A DNA stretch of 64,000 nt from Terriglobia bacterium (GTDB lineage Bacteria > Acidobacteriota > Terriglobia > 20CM-2-55-15): contig CBDAOY010000005.1 in assembly GCA_965198225.1 (NCBI GenBank), forward strand, positions 256,001-320,000. The letters are read 5' to 3'. The translations under genes were made by a program, and so were the position numbers. Positions 32,049 through 41,071 of this stretch are shown in pieces (within the stretch, counting starts at the first letter, position 1; each line of letters begins with the position of its first letter). Below the pieces are notes generated by a model, which saw nothing but the letters and a program-made list of their open reading frames with translations, had not been told where the DNA came from and ran no database searches.

Positions 32049-32234
32049 ATGACAATAAAGGTCCACGCTCTTTCCGAGGCGGAGCTGCTGGCGACGTCCG
32101 GAGGAGACTGGGATTGGGGTGATTTCCTGGATGGCCTCACCTACGGTCTCGGCGTTGGGTGTTTTTGGAGCGGGGGCAATCCTTTCCTCTGCGGCGGTAC
32201 ACTCGTCGCGGGTGGAATCGGCTTGTACCTGTAG
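32049..32234 (+). CDS. Double-glycine leader peptide precursor A
   Basis: GGGAGG RBS; MTIKVHALSEAELLATSGG|DWDWGDFLDGLTYGLGVGCFWSGGNPFLCGGTLVAGGIGLYL. Confidence 0.85.
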   Translation: MTIKVHALSEAELLATSGGDWDWGDFLDGLTYGLGVGCFWSGGNPFLCGGTLVAGGIGLYL

Positions 32235-32244
32235 GAGGAAATAA

Positions 32245-32424
32245 ATGAAAATCCAAGACCTCTCACAGACAGAATTGATGGAGATCGGTGGCGGTGACTG
32301 GTTCGAGACGACCGCCGGCATCATGCTCGGAACCGCCTTCGCCGCCGGATTCCTGGGTTCGGGCGGGCTACTCGGTGTCGCTGCTGCGGCCGGGGCCGCT
32401 CTTGTCATGGAGGACTATCTCTAA
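32245..32424 (+). CDS. Double-glycine leader peptide precursor B (59 aa, not in the ORF track)
   Basis: AGGAGG RBS; MKIQDLSQTELMEIGGG|DWFETTAGIMLGTAFAAGFLGSGGLLGVAAAAGAALVMEDYL. Confidence 0.85.
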   Translation: MKIQDLSQTELMEIGGGDWFETTAGIMLGTAFAAGFLGSGGLLGVAAAAGAALVMEDYL

Positions 32425-32435
32425 CGCGAAGGACG

Positions 32436-32457
32436 GGAGGGGCAGGATGCCCCTCCG
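32436..32457 (+). terminator. GC hairpin after the precursors (attenuator or stability stem)
   Basis: ggaggggca-gga-tgcccctcc with no clear U tract. Confidence 0.4.
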
Positions 32458-32473
32458 CGTTAGTTCAAGGCAC

Positions 32474-33214
32474 ATGGACGTTTTTCAACTCGAAGAGGTC
32501 ACCAAAGACCGTGGGGACGACTTCACGCTCGGACCGCTGAGCCTTCATATGTCGCCAGGAGAGATCCTCGGTGTGATGGGGCCGAACGGGGCCGGTAAAA
32601 CGACTCTGCTGAGAATGCTCTGGGGCTTCCTCCGTCCCGACGCGGGACGGATATCTGTCTTCGGTCGGTCGCCGCACCTGGAACAGGTCTGGGTTCGACT
32701 CCGAGCAGGCTATTTGTCGGAAGCTCCCGAGTTCTACGGGTGGATGACCGGCAGACGCTTCCTTTCGTTTATCGCGGGATTCTATCCAAGCTGGGATTGG
32801 AGGCGCGCCGACCGGCTGCTCGAGGACTTCGAGTTGGACGGCGGGAAGAAGGTGGGGGAACTGTCGAAGGGCAACCGGATCAAGCTCGGCCTGATCGCAG
32901 CTATCGCACACCGGCCGCAATTGCTGATTCTGGACGAACCGACATCCGGCCTGGACCCAGTCATCCGAATTGACATATTGGAGTTCTTACGCACGCTGTC
33001 GCGGGATGACGGCACCGGCGTCGTCATGTCCTCACACGTGTCGGACGATCTAGACCGCATCGCTGACTCCGTATTGATGCTGAATGGAGGACGGGTTGTC
33101 GAGTACGCTCCCGCGGCGGTCCTGTTAGACAGGTACGACAAATGCCAGCTGGAGGAAGTGTTCCTACATGCAATCGGTCGGGTTTCCACGACTCGCGCTG
33201 CACATCGCGCGTAA
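32474..33214 (+). CDS. ABC transporter ATP-binding protein (possible immunity)
   Basis: GPNGAGKTT, LSKG and LDEPTSGLDP motifs; start MDVFQL. Confidence 0.85.
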   Translation: MDVFQLEEVTKDRGDDFTLGPLSLHMSPGEILGVMGPNGAGKTTLLRMLWGFLRPDAGRISVFGRSPHLEQVWVRLRAGYLSEAPEFYGWMTGRRFLSFIAGFYPSWDWRRADRLLEDFELDGGKKVGELSKGNRIKLGLIAAIAHRPQLLILDEPTSGLDPVIRIDILEFLRTLSRDDGTGVVMSSHVSDDLDRIADSVLMLNGGRVVEYAPAAVLLDRYDKCQLEEVFLHAIGRVSTTRAAHRA

Positions 33215-33809
33215 GGACTGGGGCGAGTCCAGGAAACTGATCCTGACTCTAACCGCGGCCTTGCTCGTCCCCGCTCTACTGGTCCGTTTATTTCCAGGCC
33301 GATCCGAAGACTTCGCCAAAGGTCTGCTCGCCGGCCTGCTCGCCGGCGCCGGCTTCGGCTATGCCCAGTACTGCTTCCTCAACGAACGCCTCCGGAATAC
33401 ACTGGATCTTCTACTGAGCCTGCCGATTGAACCCCGCGACCTTGTGCTTGCCAAATACGTCTCGCTCTACTCGATGGTTCTCTTCACGGTAAACATCCCG
33501 GCCCTCTTCATCTCCAACCTCCAACTCATCTTCATCGTCAACGCCGCTGCTCTGTCCCTGGCAACACTGTTCATGGCCACCACCGTCATCTCCGACAAAC
33601 CCTGGGCCGCCCAGATCCCGATTTATCTGCTCCTGGTTTTTATCCTCCCCTCTGAACGCCTCCTCAACCGTTACTACCCTTCCGGCCTCGACCTCTTCCG
33701 CACCCTCACATCCCACCCCCTCCTCCTCGCCACCCTGGCCCTGCTCCTGACCCCCGCCCTGATCGCTGGATCGACGTTTTTTTTCACCACGGAGGCGCGG
33801 AAGCACTGA
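33168..33809 (+). CDS. ABC-2-type membrane permease (possible immunity)
   Basis: About six TM segments and an ERLRNTLDLLLSLPIEPRDLVLAKY ABC-2 motif. Confidence 0.75.
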   Translation: MQSVGFPRLALHIARKDWGESRKLILTLTAALLVPALLVRLFPGRSEDFAKGLLAGLLAGAGFGYAQYCFLNERLRNTLDLLLSLPIEPRDLVLAKYVSLYSMVLFTVNIPALFISNLQLIFIVNAAALSLATLFMATTVISDKPWAAQIPIYLLLVFILPSERLLNRYYPSGLDLFRTLTSHPLLLATLALLLTPALIAGSTFFFTTEARKH

Positions 33810-34216
33810 GGTGAGGTTTCATCCGGTGACCCGACAGGTTATCGGTGCTGCGATCGAGGTTCACAAGGCCATGGGTTCGGGTTTGTTGGAGTCCATCTAC
33901 CAAGAATGCCTCGAAGTCGAACTACGATTAAGGCGTGTCCGTTTCGAGCGCCAGAAGACGATCCCCTTGACATACAAAGGCGTGGAGGTTGGGGCGGCGC
34001 TCAGACTGGACCTACTTGTTGGAAACACGGTCATCGTGGAGATCAAAGCGGTCGAATCGATAACACCGGTGCATGAAGCTCAGTTAGTAACCTACCTACG
34101 GCTCACGGGCTGCTCTGTGGGCCTTTTGATCAACTTCAACGTGGAGGTACTTCGGAAGGGGGTCAAACGCATGATCAACTACAGGTAGCTCCGCGCCTCT
34201 GTGCCTCCGTGGTTAA
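33784..34216 (+). mobile_element. Candidate autonomous GxxExxY element (family A arms enclosing the gene)
   Basis: Left arm caccacggaggcgcggaagcactgag abuts the GTG start; right arm ctccgcgcctctgtgcctccgtggttaa abuts the TAG stop. Confidence 0.6.
33811..34188 (+). CDS. GxxExxY protein (PD-(D/E)XK nuclease superfamily)
   Basis: IGAAIEVHKAMGSGLLESIY, RLDLLV, IVEIKAV, QLVTYL and GLLINFN motifs. Confidence 0.92.
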   Translation: MRFHPVTRQVIGAAIEVHKAMGSGLLESIYQECLEVELRLRRVRFERQKTIPLTYKGVEVGAALRLDLLVGNTVIVEIKAVESITPVHEAQLVTYLRLTGCSVGLLINFNVEVLRKGVKRMINYR

Positions 34217-34341
34217 CAAAAACTTCGTGTTCTTCGTGCCTTCGTGTTCAAAAAAATCGTCCCAACACGGACCATTTTCGAATCAGGCCAACCCATTTCA
34301 GTCAGTTGCGTTGTTGGAACCCCATTTGCCTCAATGTGGGG

Positions 34342-35595
34342 GTGCGGTACCCAATCGTCCACCAACACGACTCCAACGACCGCGGGCCGGCATGCCTGTC
34401 AATGGTCGCCGCCTACTACGGCGAACGTCAGTCCATCGCCCGTCTTCGGGAGCGATCCGGAACAGATCGTCAGGGCACCAACCTTGCCGGGCTGATCCAG
34501 GCGGCTGAAGACATCGGCCTCCAGGCGCGAGGCGTCCGGACCGACATGGACGGGCTCGACGAATTAGGCTTGCCCGCGATCGCACACTGGTCCGAAGATG
34601 GCCGAAACCACTTCGTCGTGTTGTTCAAAAAGTCCCGACGCAAGGCAACGATCGGTGATCCCGCGCTCGGCCGCAGAAGGCTCCCCGTCGACGAATTCCA
34701 GAAACACTGGACCGGCGTGCTTGGCCTCCTCAAGCCGACTCCCGACCTGAAAGGTCTCTCCGAGACTTCCTATACGAAACTCTGGTCTCTACTACGGCAT
34801 CACAGGAAGATCTTCCTGGATGCCCTGCTCGCGGCAGTCCTGATGACCGTCCTCGGCCTCTCCTCGTCTTTCTTCATCCAAGCCCTCGTCGACTTCGTGT
34901 TCGTCATCGGACGCGAACCCACCCTGAACTGGCTCGGCCTGGGCATGCTGCTCGTGCTTCTGGCGCGCGTAGCATTCCTCGGACTCCGGGCCTATCTACT
35001 GGCTCACCTCAGCCAGAGGATCGATGCAGATGTGATTCTGGGTTACCACCACCATCTGCTGGGGCTGCCGCTCTCCTTCTTCGAGTCACGCCGCACCGGA
35101 GAGATTCTCTCTCGCCTGAACGACGCGACAAAAATTCGTTCGGCCGTCAGCGGGACAGGCCTTGCCGTAATCGTGGACTCTATGATGCTGGCTTTGACCG
35201 CCTCTGTCATGTTCTGGATGCACTGGAAGCTGGCGCTTCTATCGCTCTCGTTGATGCCGGCAATGGTAGCTACGGTCTGGGGTCTGACCGGACCGATGAA
35301 ACGCGCGCAACGGACGGCGATGGAGCGCGCCGCCGGTTTCGAATCCCACCTGGTCGAGGCCATCGGAGCCATGCCTACCGTCAAAGCCTTCTGCGCGGAA
35401 GACAGGCTGCGGGTCCGGGGCGAGGCACGACTGATGGAAACGATCGACGCCGGCTTTCGCGCCCAGATGTTTGCCCTGCATTCATCGACGACGACCGCAC
35501 TGCTGGCTGGAGCTTCGGGTCTCGGCCTGCTCTGGTTCGGTGGACACGAAGTTCTGGCAGGGCGGTTAACCGTCGGGCAACTGATGGCCCTATAG
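34342..35595 (+). pseudogene. Peptidase C39-containing ABC transporter (PCAT), 5' part
   Basis: QHDSNDRGPACLSM, HFVVL and IGDPA, then TM domain FFESRRTGEILSRLND; stops at LTVGQLMAL with no nucleotide-binding domain. Confidence 0.85.
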
Positions 35596-35622
35596 GCGAA
35601 TTAATCAATTCTCACTTATTGC

Positions 35623-35656
35623 AACCGGGAGGTGCCTATCCTCCCGGTTTTTCTTT
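35623..35656 (+). terminator. Rho-independent terminator
   Basis: aaccgggagg-tgcctat-cctcccggtt followed by tttcttt. Confidence 0.65.
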
Positions 35657-35862
35657 GTGTTCTTGCTGAGCGCCGCGGCTCAGCTTGTCCACCTAGAGTC
35701 GATCCTTCCGAGTCACACGAGGACACGCTTTCATCCCATTCAGAATGGATCCAAATGTCCAGAGTTCGAAGTCGCAGGTTGGAGGAATTCACCGCGATAC
35801 GGGGTCCCAGATCTTGAGCCACACTGATTCAAGCTTCGGATCTGGTTCGCCAATGATCCGGC

Positions 35863-36294
35863 TCAAGAGAGTTGAGGGAGGATGGTGAAGCCTTCGTTGC
35901 GGGCGGCCTGAAGTAGTCTGGAATCAAGGCAGACGAAGTCGAGTCCCCGGGGCTGGTTGCCGCTCCCGAAGATCGAAGCTGCCAGTTGAAGGGAGTCGGC
36001 GGCTCGCAGCGGATGCAGGAGCACCGATCGGCTGGCCCCGTCGCGGATCCGCTCGCTCGGCACAAGTTCGACCCACGAGGCTCTTAACCCTTCGAGTACT
36101 GCGCGCGCCTCATCTTCGTCCTGCCGGGTGAATACCCCTTCTCTGCGAATCCGGGCGAACGCCGAGTGGCATTCAACTACGGTTCCCCACCAGACCACGA
36201 TCACCGGGTCGTCAGTAGCGATCCGTTCCAGAAGGGCAGTCCGGGGTTCTTCAAGGCAGAGAGGAATGATTGCGGAAGCGTCCCAGAACTTCAT
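35863..36294 (-). CDS. VapC PIN-domain toxin
   Basis: MKFWDASA, LRAADSLQLA and FVCLDSRL..AARNEGF motifs. Confidence 0.88.
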   Translation of the reverse strand: MKFWDASAIIPLCLEEPRTALLERIATDDPVIVVWWGTVVECHSAFARIRREGVFTRQDEDEARAVLEGLRASWVELVPSERIRDGASRSVLLHPLRAADSLQLAASIFGSGNQPRGLDFVCLDSRLLQAARNEGFTILPQLS

Positions 36295-36584
36295 CGCCCC
36301 TCGGCCCGTTCGTCTTCCAATGCTTTGAGGGCGGCTCCCGCTTCATCGAAGGGGCGCCGCATCTTCCAGAGGCTCTTAGGCAACTTGCAGGTACCAACAC
36401 GTGCCAGGCCTAAACTCGCCAGCTCAGTCAAATGAGGTGAGAGTCTGGCGTCCCCCTGTGGGAACGGTATGATCTTCGCGATCGGTTTGCCGCGCTCCGT
36501 TACGACGACCTCCTGGCCTGCTTTGACCTGTGCCAGGAATTCGCTGAGCGTCGCTTTTAGCTTGGATACGGTTGTGGTCGACAT
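36291..36584 (-). CDS. Phd/YefM-family antitoxin
   Basis: VSKLKATLSEFLAQVKAGQEVVVTERGKPIAKI; ATGA overlap with the toxin. Confidence 0.88.
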   Translation of the reverse strand: MSTTTVSKLKATLSEFLAQVKAGQEVVVTERGKPIAKIIPFPQGDARLSPHLTELASLGLARVGTCKLPKSLWKMRRPFDEAGAALKALEDERAEGR

Positions 36585-36597
36585 GAGACTAATATAG

Positions 36598-36630
36598 TTT
36601 AATATGAGTGACTATTCTAGTCATATTAAA
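36598..36630. promoter_or_regulatory. Palindromic operator upstream of the TA operon
   Basis: tttaatatga-gtgactattctag-tcatattaaa, with an inner tgacta/tagtca palindrome. Confidence 0.55.
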
Positions 36631-36632
36631 GT

Positions 36633-37853
36633 TCAAGGCTCTGGGTTCGTGACAGAGGTGTGGCGGCCCGGCTCCGACGCTTGTACGTTCCTGAACTTGC
36701 TGAACAAGAGCGACAACAGACTCTCCGTCCGTATAGTGAAACGAACCTCCAGAGCCAGGCCCAGGGGGAGATCCTGGGCCTCGTCAAAGTCAATCAGAAC
36801 ACGGTAGGCTCCGGAGCCTGGGTCTCCGATCCGGGCGTCGGGAGCGATGGAGAGAACGGTTCCCCCGAGACTTTCCGGGCCAGTCATGACGAGCCGGACC
36901 TGTTGCCCCGGGCACACGTTTTCGGCCTCCCGGTTCGGGAGCCAGGATTCGATCACCTGGACCGTCGGCGTGCGTGCCATCGTCGCTACGAGCGTTCCTG
37001 CGGGAAGGTGTTCGCCTGAGTGGAGGGCGGCGAATGAAACCAGCGTTCCGGTCACCGGGCTCCGGATGATCAACCGTTGCCGGTCCGTTTCGGCACGGTC
37101 TACCCGGAGCCTGAGGTCGGCGAGCTGTTTCTCGATCGGGATCTGTTCGCTCCCAAGCTGTCGTTGGCGGCCTTTGAACTGTGAACGTTTGAGAACGCGG
37201 GCTTGACGAAGGTCCTCGAGAACCGCCTCTTCAGGTGGGCGAGCTTCGATTTCCTCCTTTTGGGCTCTGGCCAGTCGGAGTGCTCGCTCGACCTCGGACT
37301 GGGATTGTTGAGATACGACGCCTTCCTCGAGCAGTTGTCGGTTCATCTCGCGTCGCTCCAGGGCGTCCGATATGCGCAGCTCGGCGGCGTGCAACTGGAT
37401 CTGATGTTCCTGGCGCCGTCGCTTGATCGCTTCCCTCTCGGCCTGAATCTGGAGCTCCAGCCGCTGCATTTCCAGGTCGAACACGTGCCTCGCGTCAGCC
37501 TTCCTGAGGCCTGTTTCGCGGAGTTGTTCTTCTACGAGGAGGATCTGCTCCTGGAGCGTTTGGATCTGCGATCGGGTCTCTCGGTCTTCGAGCCGGACGA
37601 GAATGTCACCGGCCCTGACGTGATCACGTTCTCTGCCAGAGACGGCGGCTATGATCCCGGCAACTTCCGTGACGATCCGGACGACTCCACCTTCAGGTCG
37701 CACGACACCGAGTGCGCGAACGGTAACGTCGATCTTCGTGAAGTGCGCCCAGAGTGTCGCGAGGGCCAGGATGCCTGCCAGCATGTACAGGGTTGCACCC
37801 AGGAGGGACGGGGATCGTCCCAGGTTGAGGTCAGGCCCCGAGCGCGTACGCAC
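36633..37853 (-). CDS. HlyD-family membrane fusion protein
   Basis: N-terminal TM, GDILVRL, long coiled coil and IRSPVTG; overlaps the end of the PCAT 3' part. Confidence 0.85.
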   Translation of the reverse strand: MRTRSGPDLNLGRSPSLLGATLYMLAGILALATLWAHFTKIDVTVRALGVVRPEGGVVRIVTEVAGIIAAVSGRERDHVRAGDILVRLEDRETRSQIQTLQEQILLVEEQLRETGLRKADARHVFDLEMQRLELQIQAEREAIKRRRQEHQIQLHAAELRISDALERREMNRQLLEEGVVSQQSQSEVERALRLARAQKEEIEARPPEEAVLEDLRQARVLKRSQFKGRQRQLGSEQIPIEKQLADLRLRVDRAETDRQRLIIRSPVTGTLVSFAALHSGEHLPAGTLVATMARTPTVQVIESWLPNREAENVCPGQQVRLVMTGPESLGGTVLSIAPDARIGDPGSGAYRVLIDFDEAQDLPLGLALEVRFTIRTESLLSLLFSKFRNVQASEPGRHTSVTNPEP

Positions 37854-38646
37854 GTTCCTCGATGTGGAAGGTCCGGTCGATGGGCAGAGGCTCGTGGGAG
37901 ATCACGAGCGTCGTCCGGTGTCCGCGGCGCCGTTCGATCAGGCTGCGGACGGCGGCTGTCGACGTGCGGTCGAGGTGGTTTGTCGGTTCGTCGAGTACCA
38001 GGATAGGCGGCTCGAGAAGGATCGCGCGCGCCAGGGCGATCCTCTGGCGCTCGCCCCCGGATAGCGTCATGCCGCGCTCGCCGATCACGGTGTCGTACCC
38101 CAGCGGCATCCGGTTGACGATCTCATCGACGTGTGCCAGACGGGCGGCCGTGCGCACCTCCTGTGCATCGGCGGACGGACGACCCAGGCTGACGTTGCCG
38201 GCGATCGAGATACTGAGCAGGTCGGCGTCCTGCGAGACGAAGACCACCTGCCGGCGGAGGTTCTCCAGGTCGTAGTCTCGGACGTCGATCCCGTCGATGA
38301 GAACGCGTCCGGACGACGGTTCAATGAATCGGCCGAGCAGGCGAACAAGCGTTGTCTTCCCGCTTCCGCTTCCACCTGCGATCCCGACGCACTCCCCTGG
38401 TTCGATTCTCATGCAGATGCCCTCGAGAACAGGATGGCGGCTCCCGTACCGGAAGCCCACGTTGCGAAATTCGATCGATCCCGCCAGTCTGCGTTCAACT
38501 GTTGAAGTAGATTTACGCCTCTTCTCGCCTTCGGCCTGAAACATTTCTCCCAGACGTTCAGCAGCGACCATTGCGTCCTGGATCGACTGGTTGGCGTTCG
38601 CCAGCCGCTCGATCGGCCCGAGGGCCGTTCCCAGCATGGTGTAGAA
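37831..38646 (-). pseudogene. PCAT 3' part (last TM plus nucleotide-binding domain), inverted relative to the 5' part
   Basis: FYTMLGTALGPIERL...GGSGSGKTT...LSGGERQRIALARA...LDEPT. Confidence 0.85.
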
Positions 38647-39133
38647 TCCTTATCAACCTTCGAGCGTACTGCTCGGTCGAAACAAAGTGTAGATGACTCA
38701 ACTTCGTCATGGAATGCCGGAGGGCATCATCGATCGCTCCGCTGGTGACCTCGCCACCATGAATGTGCGCGATCGGGATCTTGAACGGAAGAGCTGCCAG
38801 CGAAGCCGCATGCATCTCGAACCGGTCTCCCAGCACCACCAGCATGTCGGGACTGACCGAGCCATACAACCTGGAGAACCCAGACACGCACTGCCCCATC
38901 GATTCCGCGATGCCTGCGGGGCTATCCGACGCCAGTGGAATCGGGACCCGCAACGAGGTGTCCCAACCCTCCTTTTCGATGTCACGCACGCTCTCCCCGA
39001 ACTCAGGAGACAGATGCATCCCCGTCACGAACAACTTCAGGTCCAGCGATAACTCGGCTCGTACGGTCCGGAGGAGCGGCCGGTATATGCTGTAATCAGC
39101 GCGACTTCCTGTGACCACCCCGAGTGTTCTCAC
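38647..39133 (-). pseudogene. neuC: UDP-GlcNAc 2-epimerase (hydrolysing, NeuC), truncated
   Basis: TGSRADY, TGMHLSPEFG, GDRFEM, HIHGGE and RHSMTKLSHLHF; homology ends at the PCAT junction after about 160 aa. Confidence 0.85.
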
Positions 39134-40182
39134 GACACCATGTCCAGACTGAACAACGCACCCTCAGCGATGTCCTGAACCGTGCGTCGCCCGACCAGCT
39201 CGCCGCGTAGCGACGGTAGGAGACCGGTACCGGGTCGCTTGACGGCGATCATGTCCTCGGTCAGCATCGTTCCCGCGGGAATGGACTGCGAGGCCACGAG
39301 GCTCTTCCTGGCGACCGCGGCCGTACCGGCCTCGCTTGGCGCCGGCTCTTTGCGGCCATTGCCCAGTGCCGACTCGACGATCCGAATACCTGCTACAAGC
39401 GCTCCCAGTTCGGCCGGCTCGACAGACGCTTCGTGGTCGGGCCCGGGTAACGACCGATCCAGCGTGAAGTGTTTTTCGACCACGCTCGCTCCAAGCGCTC
39501 TCGCGGCGAGCGCGACCTGGATCCCGGACGTGTGATCCGAGTACCCGACCGGCAGATTGAATGCATCGCGCATCGTCCGCATCGCCCTCAGGTTAACCAC
39601 AGCCGGATCGGCCGGGTAGTTGCTGACGCAATGCAGGAGCAGTATCTGGTGGTTCCCGGAACCATCGATCGCACGGACGGCCTCTCTTACTTCTTCGAGT
39701 GTAGCCATACCGGTCGAAACGATCATCGGTTTGCGCTTGGCTGCGACGTGGGAAAGAAAGGGCAGGTTCGTGAGCTCGCCGGATGGTATCTTGAACGCAG
39801 GCACTTCCAACGTTTCGAGAAAGTCCGCACTGTTCTCGTCAAACGGAGTCGACAGAAACAGGACCCCACGCTCACGACAGTAGTCCTGGAGTTCCTGATG
39901 GGCGGCCGCGTCCAGTTCCAACCGCCGAAGCATTTCAAATTGAGTTTCCGCTGCGCCGGTCGTGCGAACCTGGTAGTCGGCCTTCGGTGAGTGTCGAGTA
40001 ACGATATTCTCAGCCCTGAAGGTCTAAAACTTAACGGCATCGGCTCTGGCCTCGACGGCCACATCGATCAGGCGCCGGGCCATCCCAACGTCACCGTTAT
40101 GGTTTACTCCGGCCTCCGCTATGATGAAACAAGGCTGATCCTCCCCGATCTGCCGTCCGTGGATATTGATGCAATCTACCAA
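39130..40182 (-). pseudogene. neuB: N-acetylneuraminate/legionaminate synthase NeuB with an in-frame amber stop
   Basis: IIAEAGVNHNG...DAVKF*TF (TAG at 40024-40026 in the KFQ motif), then SDHT, EKHFTLD and a SAF domain. Confidence 0.85.
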
Positions 40183-40973
40183 GCCGTCCACCCGCCGTCG
40201 ACCACCAGGTTTTGACCGGTGACGTAAGACGACAGATCGCTGGTCAGGTACGCTACAGCGCCCTTGACGTCTTCTTCAGAAGCCATTCGGGCAAGAGGCG
40301 TGCGTTCCCGATAGCGATTCACGAAAAGCTCCGGCTGGTTGCGCCAGATCCCCCCCGGCGTGATCGCATTGACCCGCACCCTCGGCGCCAGGATCATTCC
40401 CAGATGTCTGGCCAGCTGGATCAGGCTCGCCTTTGACGCACCGTATCCTGCCGGATTGGCGAGCTCCGTGCCCTCGTAGAGCCTCATATCAGGTCCGACA
40501 ACACCGTAAATGGACGAGACGAAGACCACCGATCCGCATCCGGAAGCGACGAGGGCTTCCCGCGCTTCCTGCACCATGACGAACCCCGAGGTCACGTTGA
40601 CACGCATAGCCTGGTCCCATGCGTCGACGGTCTGTTCGTTGAACGGGACAGCCCATCCCGCCACCCTGGTCGTGCCTACATATCCGGCGCAGTGCACCAG
40701 GATGTCCAGTCCCCCCATCCCTCGGATTGAGCTTCTAATGGCAGCACGGGTGGCATCCTCGTCCAACAGGTCGCAAGAAACGGATCGCACCGCACCCGGG
40801 TAGCTGCTCAGGAGCTCAACGCGCCGATCGCAATCCTCAGAGGTCTGGTCCAGCACGGTCAACTCCGACCCCAGCTCCAGCAACACCTCATCGACGGCGA
40901 GGCCGACGTGACCCGCGCCCCCACTGACGATGGCCTTCCTGCCGTCGAGTCTGATTAGTTGACTCGTGCTTAT
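40176..40973 (-). CDS. SDR oxidoreductase (flagellin-modification PtmA-like); apparent ATA start
   Basis: The frame extends upstream of the ORF-track start to include SGGAGHVG; YGASK and VDGGWTAW motifs. The first sense candidate after the upstream TGA is ATA at 40973. Confidence 0.7.
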   Translation of the reverse strand: MSTSQLIRLDGRKAIVSGGAGHVGLAVDEVLLELGSELTVLDQTSEDCDRRVELLSSYPGAVRSVSCDLLDEDATRAAIRSSIRGMGGLDILVHCAGYVGTTRVAGWAVPFNEQTVDAWDQAMRVNVTSGFVMVQEAREALVASGCGSVVFVSSIYGVVGPDMRLYEGTELANPAGYGASKASLIQLARHLGMILAPRVRVNAITPGGIWRNQPELFVNRYRERTPLARMASEEDVKGAVAYLTSDLSSYVTGQNLVVDGGWTAW

Positions 40974-41071
40974 CCGCTTCTTTCAGCAAACTACCATGGG
41001 TCCGACAGCCCACAGCGGCTTGACCCCAAGATATGGTGCCGAGCTGAAGCAACCGGACAAGCAGGAGTTGA

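Noticed and set aside
33400-33760. Strongly G-poor, C/T-rich stretch
   Set aside because: Explained by Leu/Ile/Phe/Pro/Thr codons of a membrane protein; no repeat structure.
14408-34256. CRISPR array or integron attC interpretation of the palindromic repeats
   Set aside because: The copies are dispersed singly, not in repeat-spacer arrays; there is no cas or intI gene and no consistent RYYYAAC/GTTRRRY boxes.
35590-35670. Continuation of neuC after re-inversion (reads ..IGE..)
   Set aside because: Only GE resembles NeuC; the rest is AT-rich non-coding sequence with a terminator and an early stop.
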